DNA of 64,000 nt, taken from NCBI RefSeq assembly GCF_009914755.1, contig NC_060927.1. One strand, written 5' to 3'. Numbering within the stretch: the stretch's first letter is position 1; the number at the start of each line of letters is the position of its first letter. The notes under the pieces were generated by a model, which saw only the letters and a program-made list of their open reading frames with translations, was not told the origin of the DNA and did no database searches. The DNA comes from the human T2T-CHM13v2.0 reference genome, Homo sapiens. This document shows, one piece after another, positions 50,273 to 62,844 of the stretch. A program made the position numbers and the translations under genes.

Positions 50273-52072
50273 CCGGGATCTGACGTCACTCTCCTCGCTG
50301 AAGCCCTGGTGACTGTCACAAACATCGAGGTTATTAATTGCAGCATCACAGAAATAGAAACAACGACTTCCAGCATCCCTGGGGCCTCAGACACAGATCT
50401 CATCCCCACGGAAGGGGTGAAGGCCTCGTCCACCTCCGATCCACCAGCTCTGCCTGACTCCACTAACACAAAACCACACATCACTGAGGTCACAGCCTCT
50501 GCCGAGACCCTGTCCACAGCCGGCACCACAGAGTCAGCTGCACCTGATGCCACGGTTGGGACCCCACTCCCCACCAACAGCACCATAGAAAGAGAAATGA
50601 CAGCACCCAGGGCCACGACCCTCAGTGGAGCTCTGGCCACAGGGAATCCCCTGGAAGAAACCTCAGCCCTCTCTGTTGAGACACCAAGTTACGTCAAAGT
50701 CTCAGGAGCAGCTCCGGTCTCCATAGAGGCTGGGTCAGCAGTGGGCAAAACAACTTCCTTTGCTGGGAGCTCTGCTTCCTCCTACAGCCCCTCGGAAGCC
50801 GCCCTCAAGAACTTCACCCCTTCAGAGACACTGACCACGGACATCGCAACCAAGGGGCCCTTCCCCACCAGCAGGGCCCCTCTTCCTTCTGTCCCTCCGA
50901 CTACAACCAACAGCAGCTGAAGGACGAACAGCATCTTAGCCAAGACCACAACCTCAGCGAAGACCACGATGAAGCCCCCAACAGCCACGCCCACCACTGC
51001 TCGGACGAGGCCGACCACAGACATGAGTGCAGGTAAGTGGCTCCTGCTGGTGATCTTCAGGGATTTGGGATGCGGAGTTTCCAGGACGTCTCCGCACTTG
51101 AGGAGTGGAGAGGAGGGAAGGATCTGGAGCCTACTCAGAGCCTGCTCCTGCTGTTGCCTCTTCGTGATCTTCTAGTGGTTCTTGGCGAAATCAGGAAAAG
51201 GCAGATGGAGGGTTGTGTATGGAAAGGGGTGGGGATGGAAGTCCGGAGAAATGGTTTGCGGTCTTGGCTCTGCCTGTAACAACCCGAGTGACCTTGGGCA
51301 AGTCCCTGTCCCTCTCTGGGCCTCAGTTTCTCCACCTGTATTTGGAGAGGGTTGGAATGGGCACTGAAGTCCTGTCCAGCTCTGACCTTCTGTGAAGTGC
51401 ACTGTTGAGCAGCTCTGGAAGCTTCTGTTCCAGCCATAGCCACACAGAGGAGCAGCAGGCAGGCATCAGGCCCAAACTGCTGCTCTCTGATGGGCTTGGA
51501 CCCCATGAAAGTGGGGCCTGCTGGATGCATTTCCTGGGATTCTGTGGAAGCTGATCAGGTTGCTGGGGCAAGTGGAGGCAGGGTAGAGGTGAAGGGCTGT
51601 GGGATGGAGAACCTCAGAAGACTCCATCTGGGGTCCGGGAAAGGACAGAGAGGGTATATGAGGGGTCGGGCCCTCCAGATCTAAGGGTGGGGTGGTGGCA
51701 TGTTTCTTGAGTTGGTTCCTGGAAAGGGAGCTGAAATGGTTTAATCGCTCTTCCATGAAACGCAGGCGGTGAGGACAGCCACTAGACAGGTAAACACACT
51801 GTGCATTGATCCTTTTACGACTTTTGTGAAACTGATGGACAGGCAGGCAGGGAGGAGTCCTGGGAGAGAGTCTGGGGCACTCCATCTTGGGGTAACTCTT
51901 TTGCTCTCCTCCTTTAATTATAATTATTAAATAATTAAATAATAAATAATTAGAGAAGTGCACAGATACATATGCCCCTGGACGTTCAGATCAGCGTGGT
52001 GGATAATAGTAACGTTTCAGAAGTAGGGTCTGGTTAAATAAACTACTGCACATCTTTACCAAGGGATGGTGC

Positions 52073-52150
52073 TTCCTATGGAAAAAGTTTCCTAAGGAAA
52101 AAGGTTCCTGTGGAAAAAGGTTCCTGTGGAAAAAGGTTCCTATGGAAAAT
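52073..52150. repeat. 16-bp minisatellite TTCCT(A/G)(T/A)GGAAAAAGG, about 5 copies
   Basis: Units start at 52073, 52089, 52105, 52121 and 52137. Confidence 0.9.
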
Positions 52151-52179
52151 GCTTTCCTGAAGAGCACATGCTTTGAAGG

Positions 52180-52400
52180 TGGCCAGACTTGGGTGGAAAC
52201 TGAAACTCTGCTAGTGACTAGATGTGTAATTCAGGGAACATTCCTTCACTCTTTCAGCTTCAGTTTCCTTATCTTTAAAAGGAAATGATCATAATAGCAC
52301 TTATGCTGCTGTGAGATTTAAATGAGATAATGTGTCCACAGTACTCAGTACACTGCCGGACACACAGTAAGCACTCAAACAATGGTAATGATTATTATAA
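52180..52400 (+). mobile_element. MIR
   Basis: 'cttcagtttccttatctttaaaa...gagatttaaatgagataat...gtaagcactcaa'. Confidence 0.75.
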
Positions 52401-53059
52401 TGTATTTTAAAATATGACACTATATTCAAACATACCATTATAATATGTCAAATGGGAATGTGGACACAATATATGAGACAACCTGTTCACAACTGTTTAA
52501 TGAGGAGGTTATCCAACATTAGGAATGATTTGATCCTTCAATAAAAAATCAATGTGTGAAGGTTCCTAGGCATAAAAGAAAGTTCAGAAGGATATGTACG
52601 AAATATTGTTGTCTCTCTGGGGATTGGGATTACAGGGATTTTTTCCTCTTTTCTTTTTGTTAAGTTTGTGTTTCCTAAAGTTTCTGCAATAAACATACGA
52701 TGCTTGTATAATAAAAATTATAGGTTTTCCTTAATTGCATAGTCAGGGCTTGCCTCCCTGCGCCTCCTACCCCAACTCCCCAACATACAGTAGTTCTGAG
52801 GGATTTCACCCCCTGCTCCGGGAGAGAGCGGGCTTAGCCTGGATTCTGGGAGAAGCTCTTGCTTGGTCCCAGACCCAAGTAAAACAGCAGTTCCTGTTGT
52901 GTTTGGGGTGTGGCCACTGCCCTGCCCTATACAGAAAATAGGATGCGTTGCGTTATTCCTTTGTTTCTCTGACAAGCTTGCCAACTTATTCCTGTTCCGG
53001 GAGAACCGGGGGCTGTCAGCACTGAAAGGGGGCTCAGAAATCCCATCTCATTTTCAGAT

Positions 53060-53496
53060 GGGGGTGCTGAGGCCTGGCCTGGGGAAGGTGCTTGGAGGGT
53101 GTTGAGGCCTGGCCTGGGGAAGGTGCTTGGGGGTGTTGAGGCCTGGCCTGGGGAAGGTGCTTGGAGGGTGTTGAGGCCTGGCCTGGGGAAGGTGCTGGGG
53201 GGTGTTGAGGCCTGGCCTGGGGAAGGTGCTTGGAGGGTGTTGAGGCCTGGCCTGGGGAAGGTGCTTGGGGGTGTTGAGGCCTGGCCTGGGGAAGGTGCTT
53301 GGAGGGTGTTGAGGCCTGGCCTGGCCTGGGGAAGGTGCTTGGGGGCGTTGAGGCCTGGCCTGGACTGGGGAAGGTGCTTGGGGGCGTTGAGGCCTGGCCT
53401 GGCCTGGGGAAGGTGCTTGGGGGTGTTGAGGCCTGGCCTGGCCTGGGGAAGGTGCTGGGGGGTGTTGAGGCCTGGCCTGGCCTGGGGAAGGTGCTT
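53060..53496. repeat. G-rich VNTR, 12 copies of 34-39 bp
   Basis: Unit GG(A)GGGTGTTGA(GGCCT)2-3GGGGAAGGTGCTT. Confidence 0.95.
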
Positions 53497-55299
53497 GCAC
53501 AGGGTGACATCATTTCAGGGAGTAGTTGCCTCTGTCCCTGGCCAGTCTCCAGTCTCCAGTCTCCAGCTTCATATCCTCCCACTGGAGAGCAGAGACGATG
53601 GGGGTGTCCCTGTGTATGCTTAAGTGCAATGGCATTTTAAGAAAACTATTAGCAATTTTATGAAACTAAATTGCTGCTGTTTTATTAGCAGCCACAGTCA
53701 GCAAGGCCCTGGCTGGGTGCTTGCTCCTTGAAGCTGTATACGTGTGACTGCCTCAGCAGCGCTGGCTGCTCCTGCTCTTGAATCTAAAAAGCAGCTGGAC
53801 AAAATGTTCACGTTTTCGCTCAAAACCAAACAAACAGAAAAACTCAATTAGCTTGTTTGTGTGGGCTGAAGCACCTCTGTTTGCCCACACCCCGCAGTGA
53901 CCCCCATAGTGTCCCCGGAATGGACGGACTCACGGGCTGTCACATCGCGCACATCTTCCCCGGAGAAGGGATGTGAATCTTGGTGGGGTGGGGGGCACTA
54001 CCTGGCCCAGCACAGGGTGCAGGTGGGTGACCCGGGAGACTCTCCCCGCTCCAGACCTGTCATCATGTTGCCATCTGAGGCGGCACTCACAGGTTTGCGG
54101 GGCTGCACATCTTTGGGGGCCTCCACTCAGCCTGGCACAGTGTGTGCCCAGCAAGTAGACGACCGCATCCTCGCCAGCATACATGTGCTAGAAACTTCTG
54201 TCAGGAAACGCCGCTCTTCACAGCCAAGGGTGGAAACTACTGGATGCATTGCAGAGCTGACGCCCTCCCTCCGGCCTGGCTCCGAGCCATGCCTGGTGTG
54301 GTGGAGGGGTGGAGGCCACCCTCACCGGGCCCTGTGTGCTGCTCTGATGCCGCTGAGGGGGCTGGGGCCTGGGTGTGCCCTCAGCGCGTCCACTGCAGAG
54401 GGGAGCCTGCGCCCACGTTTTGGCTCTGTGGGTAAAGGTGGCCACCCCCTGAGCTTGTAGGGGTGTGGGACACTTCCCGATGCTGCCTGCCATGATTTTA
54501 CATGAAAAGCCGGGAAAAGGCACTGAGGAGCCACCTGACCCCACGGAATGCCATTTCCTGGGGTTGCTTGGCCAGAAGTCATTGACACAGCCCTGCCAGC
54601 CGGAAGCTGGGGCAGGGACGGGGTCCTGCCTTCTGGGACAGGTTCTGTGTGTGCGTGACCATGTCCCAGAGGTCTCTGCTCAGCCCTGGGGGCGGGTGGG
54701 GGTGGGGTTGGAGGGTGGATGGTGGGGGTGGGGCCAAGTTAGCCCGAGCGGTCTGTGAGGTGCGAAGGGCCGGGGTCTCTCCTCCTCTCCTCCGCACCCC
54801 ACCCCGCCTTGCTCTGAATCTCTCCCTCTCTCTGTCTCTGTTGGTCTCTTTCCCTCTCTACTCCCCATTCTGGTGTCTTTGGAGCCCTGGGTAAGGTGTG
54901 TGCTGAGTCCGGTCTGGTTTGGGGTAGATGTTCTTTGATCTGTTACCACACCTGGAGGGAAAGCCCCTGGCCCGCCCCCCCTCCGTTCCTGCAGAGCCAG
55001 GCCCCCCAACCAGTCGGTGGGCAGGATGCCCACCAGTTGCCCCCATCTGGCCCAGGGGGACCTTTCCTCTGCTCTCCAGGGACCACTGCAGGTGGTGTGG
55101 CCCCTGAGGGGAGCATAAGGGTGCAGTGCCTGACTCAGGGGACACAGAAGCCCCGTCCATACGGCCTTTTACACAGCACAGCACCCAGCCCTCGGCAGCC
55201 CAGAGCAGGAACCAACAGGGTAGGTGCCCAGGGGCCCCAAAGGTCAGAGTTCCTCGCACAGCTGCCAGGGAGCACAGGGACCGCAGCACAGGGTCTTCT

Positions 55300-56060
55300 G
55301 CTCAGCACCGGGACCCCGCTCGCTGCAGCTAAAGAAACAGATACGTCCAAGGGCTCCACAGCCGGGGCCGGGCACCTGGAACAGGGTGGTCCTGGGGCGG
55401 CCACATCCACTCCTTCCAGGTGAGTTCCCGGTGACTCTCGGCCTGCAGTCGGCCTTGCTGAATTCTCTTAGGCCACCTGGCTGCCCCCTGCTACGCGTCC
55501 AGCTGTTGATCGCCCACTGACCTGTAGAAGACCTGGTCAGCCCCTCTGTCTGCTGTCACCCATGGAGGCGCCTGCAGGTGCTCCGCGCAGCCCGCCCGGC
55601 CCTGCACAGACCCGAGGCGGCACCAGGGGGCGCTGCCGGCCCGAGGACGCGGGCGCGGGGCGGAGGCTGCGGGGCAGGAGCCGCTGTGCGCGTTCAGGCA
55701 GCTGCCCGGGACCCCTGGCACCGACCGCAGCCCCCAGAGGCCCCCGGGGGGTTTCCGCCTGAGCCTAAACCGAAGACAGGGCCTGTTTTCAGTCATCCCG
55801 ACCCCACAGACTCTGCCCGTTAGTTCCCGCGCTGCCCGGCGCCCTAGTACCCAGAGCCGGTGGGGACTCCAGGCCACCAAAGGCAGGGGCGGGGCGGGCG
55901 GTTGAAGGAAGATTGGGACACGGAGAAGAGGGACAAGGCCTGGGGCCCGAGGGGTCAGGACGCTCTGCCAGCCTCACCACCCGCCACACCCAGGCACGGA
56001 CGCACGCACACACTCCACACGTGTGAACACGCACGCATGGCTGCACACACGTGCACAGAG
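55300..56060. promoter_or_regulatory. CpG-island-like GC-rich region with GC boxes
   Basis: Dense CpGs, especially 55570-55900; GGGGCGGGGCGGGCGG at about 55886-55901. Confidence 0.7.
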
Positions 56061-56334
56061 AGGCACAGCCCGCAGGAACACAGATGCACGCACACAGGCA
56101 CAGGCACGCTCCCTCACTCACTCTCACACACCCCAGGTGCAGACACCCCCACCCAGAGGTTGCAGCTCGGATGGAGAAACAGGCTGGGTCACAAAAGCCC
56201 CGGGAGGCAGCCCCTGCTGTCTGGCGTCTTCTCTGGGGAAAGCTTTCCGGAGCCTGATGGAGGAAGACAGAGGAAAGAGACCTGTGTTCCCTGATGCACT
56301 GGCCAGCCGCTTCCCGGGGAGGAGGAGGCAGAAA

Positions 56335-56740
56335 TATACAGTAACTGATTGTTGCCTTTGGTCTGTGAACTGTACTATGGAACACTGGAACTTACTCCTT
56401 CACCTGACTGCATGTTTGTGCCCCATAACCAGCCTCACTTTCTGTCTGCCTCTCACCCACACACCCTGCCTAGCCTCTGGGAACCACCAGCCAACTCTCT
56501 GCCTCTGTAAGAGCCACTCTTTCAGTGCCCACAAATGAGTGAGAACATGGTACATTTGTCTTTCTACCCCGGCTTACTTCCCTTAACATGACAGCCTTCA
56601 ATTCCATCCATGTTGTTGTAAACGACATGATTTCATTCTTGTTTATGGCTGCGGAGTATTCCGTTGCGTAAGATACCACGTGTTCTGTATCCATTCATCC
56701 ATTGATAGGCACCCAGGTTGATTCCATTTGGCTTTTGAAA
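56335..56740 (-). mobile_element. L1 3' end fragment
   Basis: 'cccacaaatgagtgagaacatg...ttccatccatgttg...atttcattctt...catttggct'. Confidence 0.8.
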
Positions 56741-57104
56741 GTGTGTAGTTGGAGAATCCAATGTGCCCCCTCGGGTTTTCAAAATGTGGGCATCTTGAGT
56801 GCGGGAAAGGAAGTGCCTGCCGCTCCCCAGGGCACCCGGTGGCATCTGCAGAGGGGAGGCAGCCACAGCAGGCCTGCCGTGGTGACAGCAAATAGCCAGG
56901 CGGCCAGGGAGGCTCCTGCGGTGACAGCCCCGGGTCACAGGGTCAGAAGCAGCCCACCGGGGCCGGGGTGGCTTGCGTCAGTTTGGGAACATTTTAAGCC
57001 ATTACCACTTTAAATACTGATTTTGCCTATTCTTTCTCTCCTTCCCAGAACTCCAGTTACTCACGTGTGGTGTCTTCTCATTGTGTCTGCTGTCTCTTCC
57101 CATC

Positions 57105-57520
57105 TCACTGGGGCAGTAGGGCTGCCATAAGCCAGCACCACAGACCAGGGGCTCCACAACCCTGGTGGCTGCAAGTTCAAGATCAACACAGGGACAGGGT
57201 TAGTCTAGTGAGGCCTCTCTTCCTGGCTTGTGGAGGGCCACCTGCTCCCTGTGTGCACAAGGCCTTTTCTCTGTGCACACGCATGTGCACGCACACACAC
57301 GTGCACACACATGCACACACGCACACACACGTGCACACACACGCACACACGCACACACACGTGCACACACACGCACACATGCACACACACGCACGCAATC
57401 TGGTGTCTCTTCCTCTTCTCATAAGGACTCCAGTCCTATCGGATCAGGGCCCCACCCTGCTGGCTGCACTTCACCTTAATTACCTCCCTAATGTCTTCTC
57501 TCCAGACAGACTCTCCTTGG
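57105..57520. mobile_element. MLT1-like LTR containing a (CACG/CA)n tract at 57275-57396
   Basis: 'gggctgccataa...caccacagac...cttcctcttctcataaggac...ccagtcctat' MLT1 text. Confidence 0.7.
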
Positions 57521-57533
57521 TGGGTGGGGCTTT

Positions 57534-57871
57534 GTGAGGGTTTGAATGTCCGTGTTCCCCGAAATTCATCTGTTGAAATCCTCACCCCCAAGGCGATGGT
57601 GTTAGGAGATGGGGCCTGTGGTAGGGACGGGGTCCTGAAGGTGGACCGCTGATCATGGGATCGGTGTCCTCATAAAAGAGGCCCCAGAGCGCCCCTCCCC
57701 CATCCCCCATGTGAGGACGCAGTGACACACCAGGGAAGCCGGTCCTCACCACACACGGAATCTGCCGGTACCTTGATCTGAGACTCCCCAGTCTTCAAAG
57801 CTGTGAGAAATGCATTGTTGTTTCTGAGCCCCCAGTCTATGGCATTTTGTTATGGCAGCCAGAACTAAGCC
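57534..57871. mobile_element. MLT1/MST-like LTR in the opposite orientation to the preceding one
   Basis: 'tttgaatgt...cccc...aattcat.tgttgaaatcct...ttttgttatggcagcc.gaactaag'. Confidence 0.7.
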
Positions 57872-60800
57872 AGGCTTCCGCATGGGCATTCTGGGAGGAC
57901 GCGGTTCAGTCCCTCACACTTGCTCTCTCTATTTTCCTCCTTATGCTTCTGTCCTTCATTCTGAGAATCTTCTTCTGACCTACTTTCTAGTTATTCATTA
58001 TTGTTCAGTGATATCTGAACTGTTTTTAAACCCACTTACTGAGTTCTGAAACATCGCTTGTATTTTTTCCAGGCAATCATTTTTGTATTGCATTTACAAA
58101 TAGGCATGGAAATAGAGACTGCAATGAGAAAATAGAGAACGCAATGAGAAAAGTTGGAGTTCTAGAAAGAAAGTGGAGGGAGAATAGGAAGAATACAATC
58201 AGCAAAGAAAAAAAAAACAAATCTTTCCTTTTTGTGTAATTTTTATTTCTCCACTGAAGTTCTTGACCTTCTCTTTTTCTTCTCATGGACAATGTCTCCA
58301 GCGCTCTCTGCAGCCAGCGTCTGAGGGTGCTGCGTCTGCATTCTCATGTAGATGTTTTCATTTGCTGGGTTTCTCACCGCTTATACTCACATTGCCATCT
58401 CTCCATGTGTGCCTGGCTCTTTCTTTCTTTGCCTGACATTCTGTTTGCAGTGTTTTGGAAGGAGAATCTGAGGCCAGAATGATGGCTCCTCCAGAGAGGG
58501 TGAGCCTGAGTGCCGGCAGCCTGGAGGGGCAGGGCGGTGGCTCTGGTGTCCTGCGGTTTGCGTGGGCTCTCTCTGCACTTACACTCACAAAAAGACAGTA
58601 TCTCAGGCAGGAATTCTCACAGGGTGCAGGCTTCTCTTTTGACGGTTTAATGTCACGCGTGGGTTCCTTTGTAAACATCAGATCAATAGCGGAGTTCCAA
58701 ATTAAAACATTAGGATAAGAAGCCCACGTTGACTCATCCGTCCCTGGAATGGCCTAGAAGACGGGGCACTTGGTGTTCGGGGATGCGTCTGTCTCAGGCC
58801 GGCCTCCACGGGTCAGGTAGCCTAGGGTGGGAGGAGGAGGGTGGCGGGCAGCCCCACAGCCGAGATCCAGGAGAAAGGAAGAGCCACTCACTTTCTCTTC
58901 TTCACAAAGTCCTGGGAACGCAGGGAGGGGAGACGGGGTCTCGCTCTCAAAGGCAGCTTTGTAGCCAAACTGCTCCCTCCCGGCAGGAAGAGAATCCCCG
59001 CTCAGAAGAAAGGTGGGCCACCCCCGATGACGGCAGGTGGCCCCAAGTGTTTGGATGCGGTGGGCCCCACTGGTTTGGGCCTAACCTCAAGCGGCTGCTA
59101 ATGGTTCCATGACACTTTTCCCGCTAACACTTCACAGAGATGTCTGACTGATGTCCACTGCTCAGCTGCACCGCTGAGCTGGTGAGCATTCAGGCAGAGC
59201 ACCCACCTCTACTTTTCTCACCCCGAAAATCAGAGACTGGTTCTCAGCTGGTGCAGCCACCGCCCCAGCGTGCCGGATGCAGGACTTTCCCTGCGAACAC
59301 TGGACAGTCCCAGCAAAGCAGACGGTGGGTCGCTCTGTATCTCTGAAGAACAGCTGGGCCTGCGTGTGTCATTCTCAGGCATCTGGCGCAGGGCTTCTCC
59401 TCCAGGAAGGTGGCTGCTCAGCTCCGGGCAATGCCAGGGGCCACGGACCCCGCATCCTTTCCAGGCTGTTCCGCAGCATCTGCCTTCATACTCACAGCCA
59501 CCGCGGCGTGTGTCCCAGGGATTCTCAGAATAGAATTCTGTGCCTCTCTCGCCTCTGGAAGTGACCGCGCTCTGTAGGAAAATATCACAGCACGCTGGCC
59601 TCGAAAGGCCACGACGTGGCCCTAAACTGTTCTAAGTATGTCAGTTACTTAGAACAATCAGAAAGGGGCAGAACAAGCTGGGGTGTGGAGTCAGGGGTCA
59701 GGGCACAGACAGCATCTCTTGTCTTGCAGAGAGAATGCTAGCAATTTGCAAGTTACTTGAAAAGGTTTGTGATTTTCCAACGCCCTGAGTAATTCTAGCC
59801 AAAATGCGTGACTCGCCTCACACTAGATGCTTGCTGTAATTGTGTCTCTGTATTAAACTGACCGTTCTTTGGAGCTTCAGAATGGACCAGGAGGAAAAGG
59901 TAAATACCAACCTCGCTACAACCTCAGAGGCATCAACGCCCTCCTGCTACAGACGCATCTGTTCTCGCCTGGCTCCTGCCGGCTGCCCTGGGAGAGGCCA
60001 CAAAATGCCCTCCACGGAGACAAGGCCTGAGAACCTTCGGGACTCCCGCTGCCGCTCACTGTGTTGAAGAACTGCCCGTTCCGCACCCTGGGCCCTACAC
60101 ACACGGCTCTGCGGAGGACGAGGAAGTGCCGTCAGGTGAGACTTCACCGTGAAATATCTTCTGAGACACAACAATCTCCCTGAATTAAAACTACAGACTC
60201 TAATTTATAAAAACTGTCTGTTTCAAAAGCTCCAAGTGTTTACATTCTCCATCATTCCTTCTTCTAATTTATTTTAGGAAATAATGCAGAGTACTCACAA
60301 AAATTTATATAGAAAGATGTTCATTGCAGAATTCATTATAATAAAAACCTTTAAATGCTCTGAGTGCCCAGCGTCAGCATGGTGATAACATACATACGAG
60401 GGAATATTGTGCAGCTGCAGTTATTTCTTATTACATTTCACAGGCATCTTAAATGCTTTGTGAACACCGGTGCATAGATTTTTTTGTTTGGTATAGATGG
60501 CAATGATTAGATGGGTGAAATAATAAAAAAAATGGACATATAATTTTAAAAATATTGAGTGACAGAAAAAAATGAAAAAATGTTAAAGAACTTTTTGGTT
60601 ATGATATTATCACTAAAAGGCCGTGTCTCCTTGCTCCCTTCTTTGGGGACGGTTCTGGGCTTGCCTGGCCCGTGGGTGGGAATTGTGGTGCTCCAAGTGC
60701 CTTCAGCTGCTGCTGGGGTCCCAGGAGCCCAGCCTAGGTGTTCTTCCATCCTCACCACCCCATGGCCTCCATGGAGCCCCACGGCAGCCTCAGGAAGGAG

Positions 60801-61129
60801 GGCAGTATCGTCAGAACACAGTCCTCATGGACCCCCCAAGAGACCCTTGGGCAGAATGCCCCATCCCACCCAGGTCCAGCTTCACTCAGCACGTAAACAG
60901 GAACACGGCTGCAGGCAGGCTCCACGCACCCCGTCCCCAGGGAAGCCGCAGCCCCCGTCCCACGTATCCCGGGCAGGCATCTGTAACTGAGGGCTGCGTG
61001 GTCGGGTGAGCAGCGAGGCACATGCTGGCTGGGCGGGGAGGGGCGGCCCTGAGTGGTCGTCTTGCTCAGTGCTAGAGGGGCTCTGAGCCGAAGGTCTGAG
61101 GGTCCTGGAGCTGCCATGGCAGATCCCCA

Positions 61130-61510
61130 CAGTCTGGGCAGCTCAAAACAACAGGGACTCATTCTCTCCCCGCTCAGCAGGGAGGGGTCTGAAATCAAGT
61201 CCATGGGCCGTGCTCCCTCCAGAGGCTCCAGGGGAGGACCCTGCCACCTCCACCAGCTTCTGTGGCTCCAGGCGTCCCTGGGCCGCGGCCACAATGCTGC
61301 ACCTCTGCCTCGGTCTCCAGGCGACCTCCTCCTCTGTCTGCGTCTAACCTCCCTCTGCCTCTGTGTAAGGACACTTGCCGTGCATGTAGGGCCAACGAGT
61401 TAATCCAGAATGACCTCCTTATCTCAAGATCTTTAACTTAAACACAGCCACAAAGACCTGCCTCCTATTTGAAGAGAGGTTCTCTGCACAGTTCCAGGGT
61501 CAGGAGGTGA
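61130..61510. mobile_element. MLT1-like LTR fragment
   Basis: 'aaaacaaca...tctgaaatcaag...ctccctccagaggctc...taatccagaatgacctc...atctcaagat'. Confidence 0.65.
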
Positions 61511-61670
61511 ACACCAGGTGGCCCAGCCTCAGCCACCCCAGTGATGATGTGTGAGGTTTCAGAACGGCTGTGCTGCCCTGTTAGGAGCTATACACGCAGA
61601 AAGCCAACTCCGCCAGCGTCAGGGGTGCCGGATGCATGCAGGATCAGAAGGCGTCGGATTTCCCAGGGAA

Positions 61671-62844
61671 GCTGGGGAGCAAGGATCCTGCACCAAGGGA
61701 GGCAGGAGGCCGGAGACCAGCCCAGGCCCAGTCCAGGAGGAGCCTGGCCAGGAGTCCCACCAAAGCCACTGGAGCCTCCGTGACCCAGCCCTGGAGGGTC
61801 AGCACTGTCCCTCAAACGGATTCTTCACACACAGGTCTCTCTGTCTGTGGGGGCTGCAGGGCCAGTGCCTGAGGAGCCCGGACTTCACACAGGGGTCTCT
61901 CTGTCTGTGGGGGCTGCAGAGCCGGTGCCTGGGGAGCCCGGACTGCCGGAAACCTTTGCGGTGGGAGGCTGCAGATGGGACTTCTTGGCCTGTGTTTATG
62001 TGGAGCCCAGGCTGCGGGCACCACAGCCAGGCACAGGTCAGGGGTAAGTTGTGGGTGATGTAAGGACTAGAAGCGTAAGTAATGGCCTGACCCCCATGTC
62101 CTGGCTGTGCTGTGCGGTGGGAAAGACATGGGCTCCGGCGGCTGCTGGGGATCGCCTGGCTTGCACCTGCTGGGTCCCCCCCTGGCCACCAGCCTCACCC
62201 AAGGGCAGTTGGTGACTGCCTGCCTCACTCCTGCCAACCCTCAGGGGCCTAGGAGTCCTGCGTGGTGGGTCTAGGAACCATGCTGGAGGACAGGCCTGTG
62301 CCAGGGCCACCAGGATGTCTATGGCAGGAGCCGGTGCTGGCGAACCCCACACCTTGAGCCCCAGAGCCAGGATCCTCAGCCCAGGAAAGGGACCAGAGGC
62401 GGGAAAACCACACGGCAAAGGCTGTCCCGTGAGGTCACGGCTCCGTCACCGCTGCCCACACACGGAAGGCAGCCGCGGCTGGGTGAAGCCATCTTCACAG
62501 ACATGCCGTCCTTGAGGCTCTCACACATGCACACAGACGCTCCGTCCTCTCCCACCCGCCCCCCCGCCACCCCGGGCAGGCCAGGAAGTCCCATCTGGGG
62601 CCTCCCACCCCGAGGGTTGCCGTCAGTCCGTGTGCCCAGGCATCGGGGCCTGCAGCCTCCACAGACAGCGAGACCTGTGTACGAAGCAGACTCTGTCCTA
62701 GGGACAGTGCTGACCCTACAAGGCTGGGTCACTGGAGGCTCCCCGGGTCCAGTGGCTTTGGTGGGACTCCTGGCCAGGCTCCTCCTGGGCCGGGCTGGTC
62801 TCCGGCCTCCTGCCTCCCTTGGTGGAGCACCCTTGCTCCCCAGC
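61671..62844. repeat. Inverted repeat pair, arms 61671-61992 and 62577-62844
   Basis: 'ccaggaggagcctggccaggagtcccaccaaagccactgga' on the plus strand has its reverse complement at about 62747-62787; similarity extends over both arms. Confidence 0.9.

Noticed and set aside
50128-50640. 170-aa antisense ORF
   Set aside because: Shadow of the MUC20-like exon on the opposite strand.
49745-50920. Calling this the functional MUC20 gene
   Set aside because: In-frame TGA before the end of exon 2, only two repeats and no exons 3-4 found.
52073-53496. CRISPR-like arrays
   Set aside because: The repeats are contiguous with no unique spacers, and the sequence is human genomic DNA.
53034-53640. Long Pro/Gln-rich or Gly/Trp-rich repetitive ORFs on both strands
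   Set aside because: They arise from the G-rich VNTR, which is open in several frames; there is no coding evidence.
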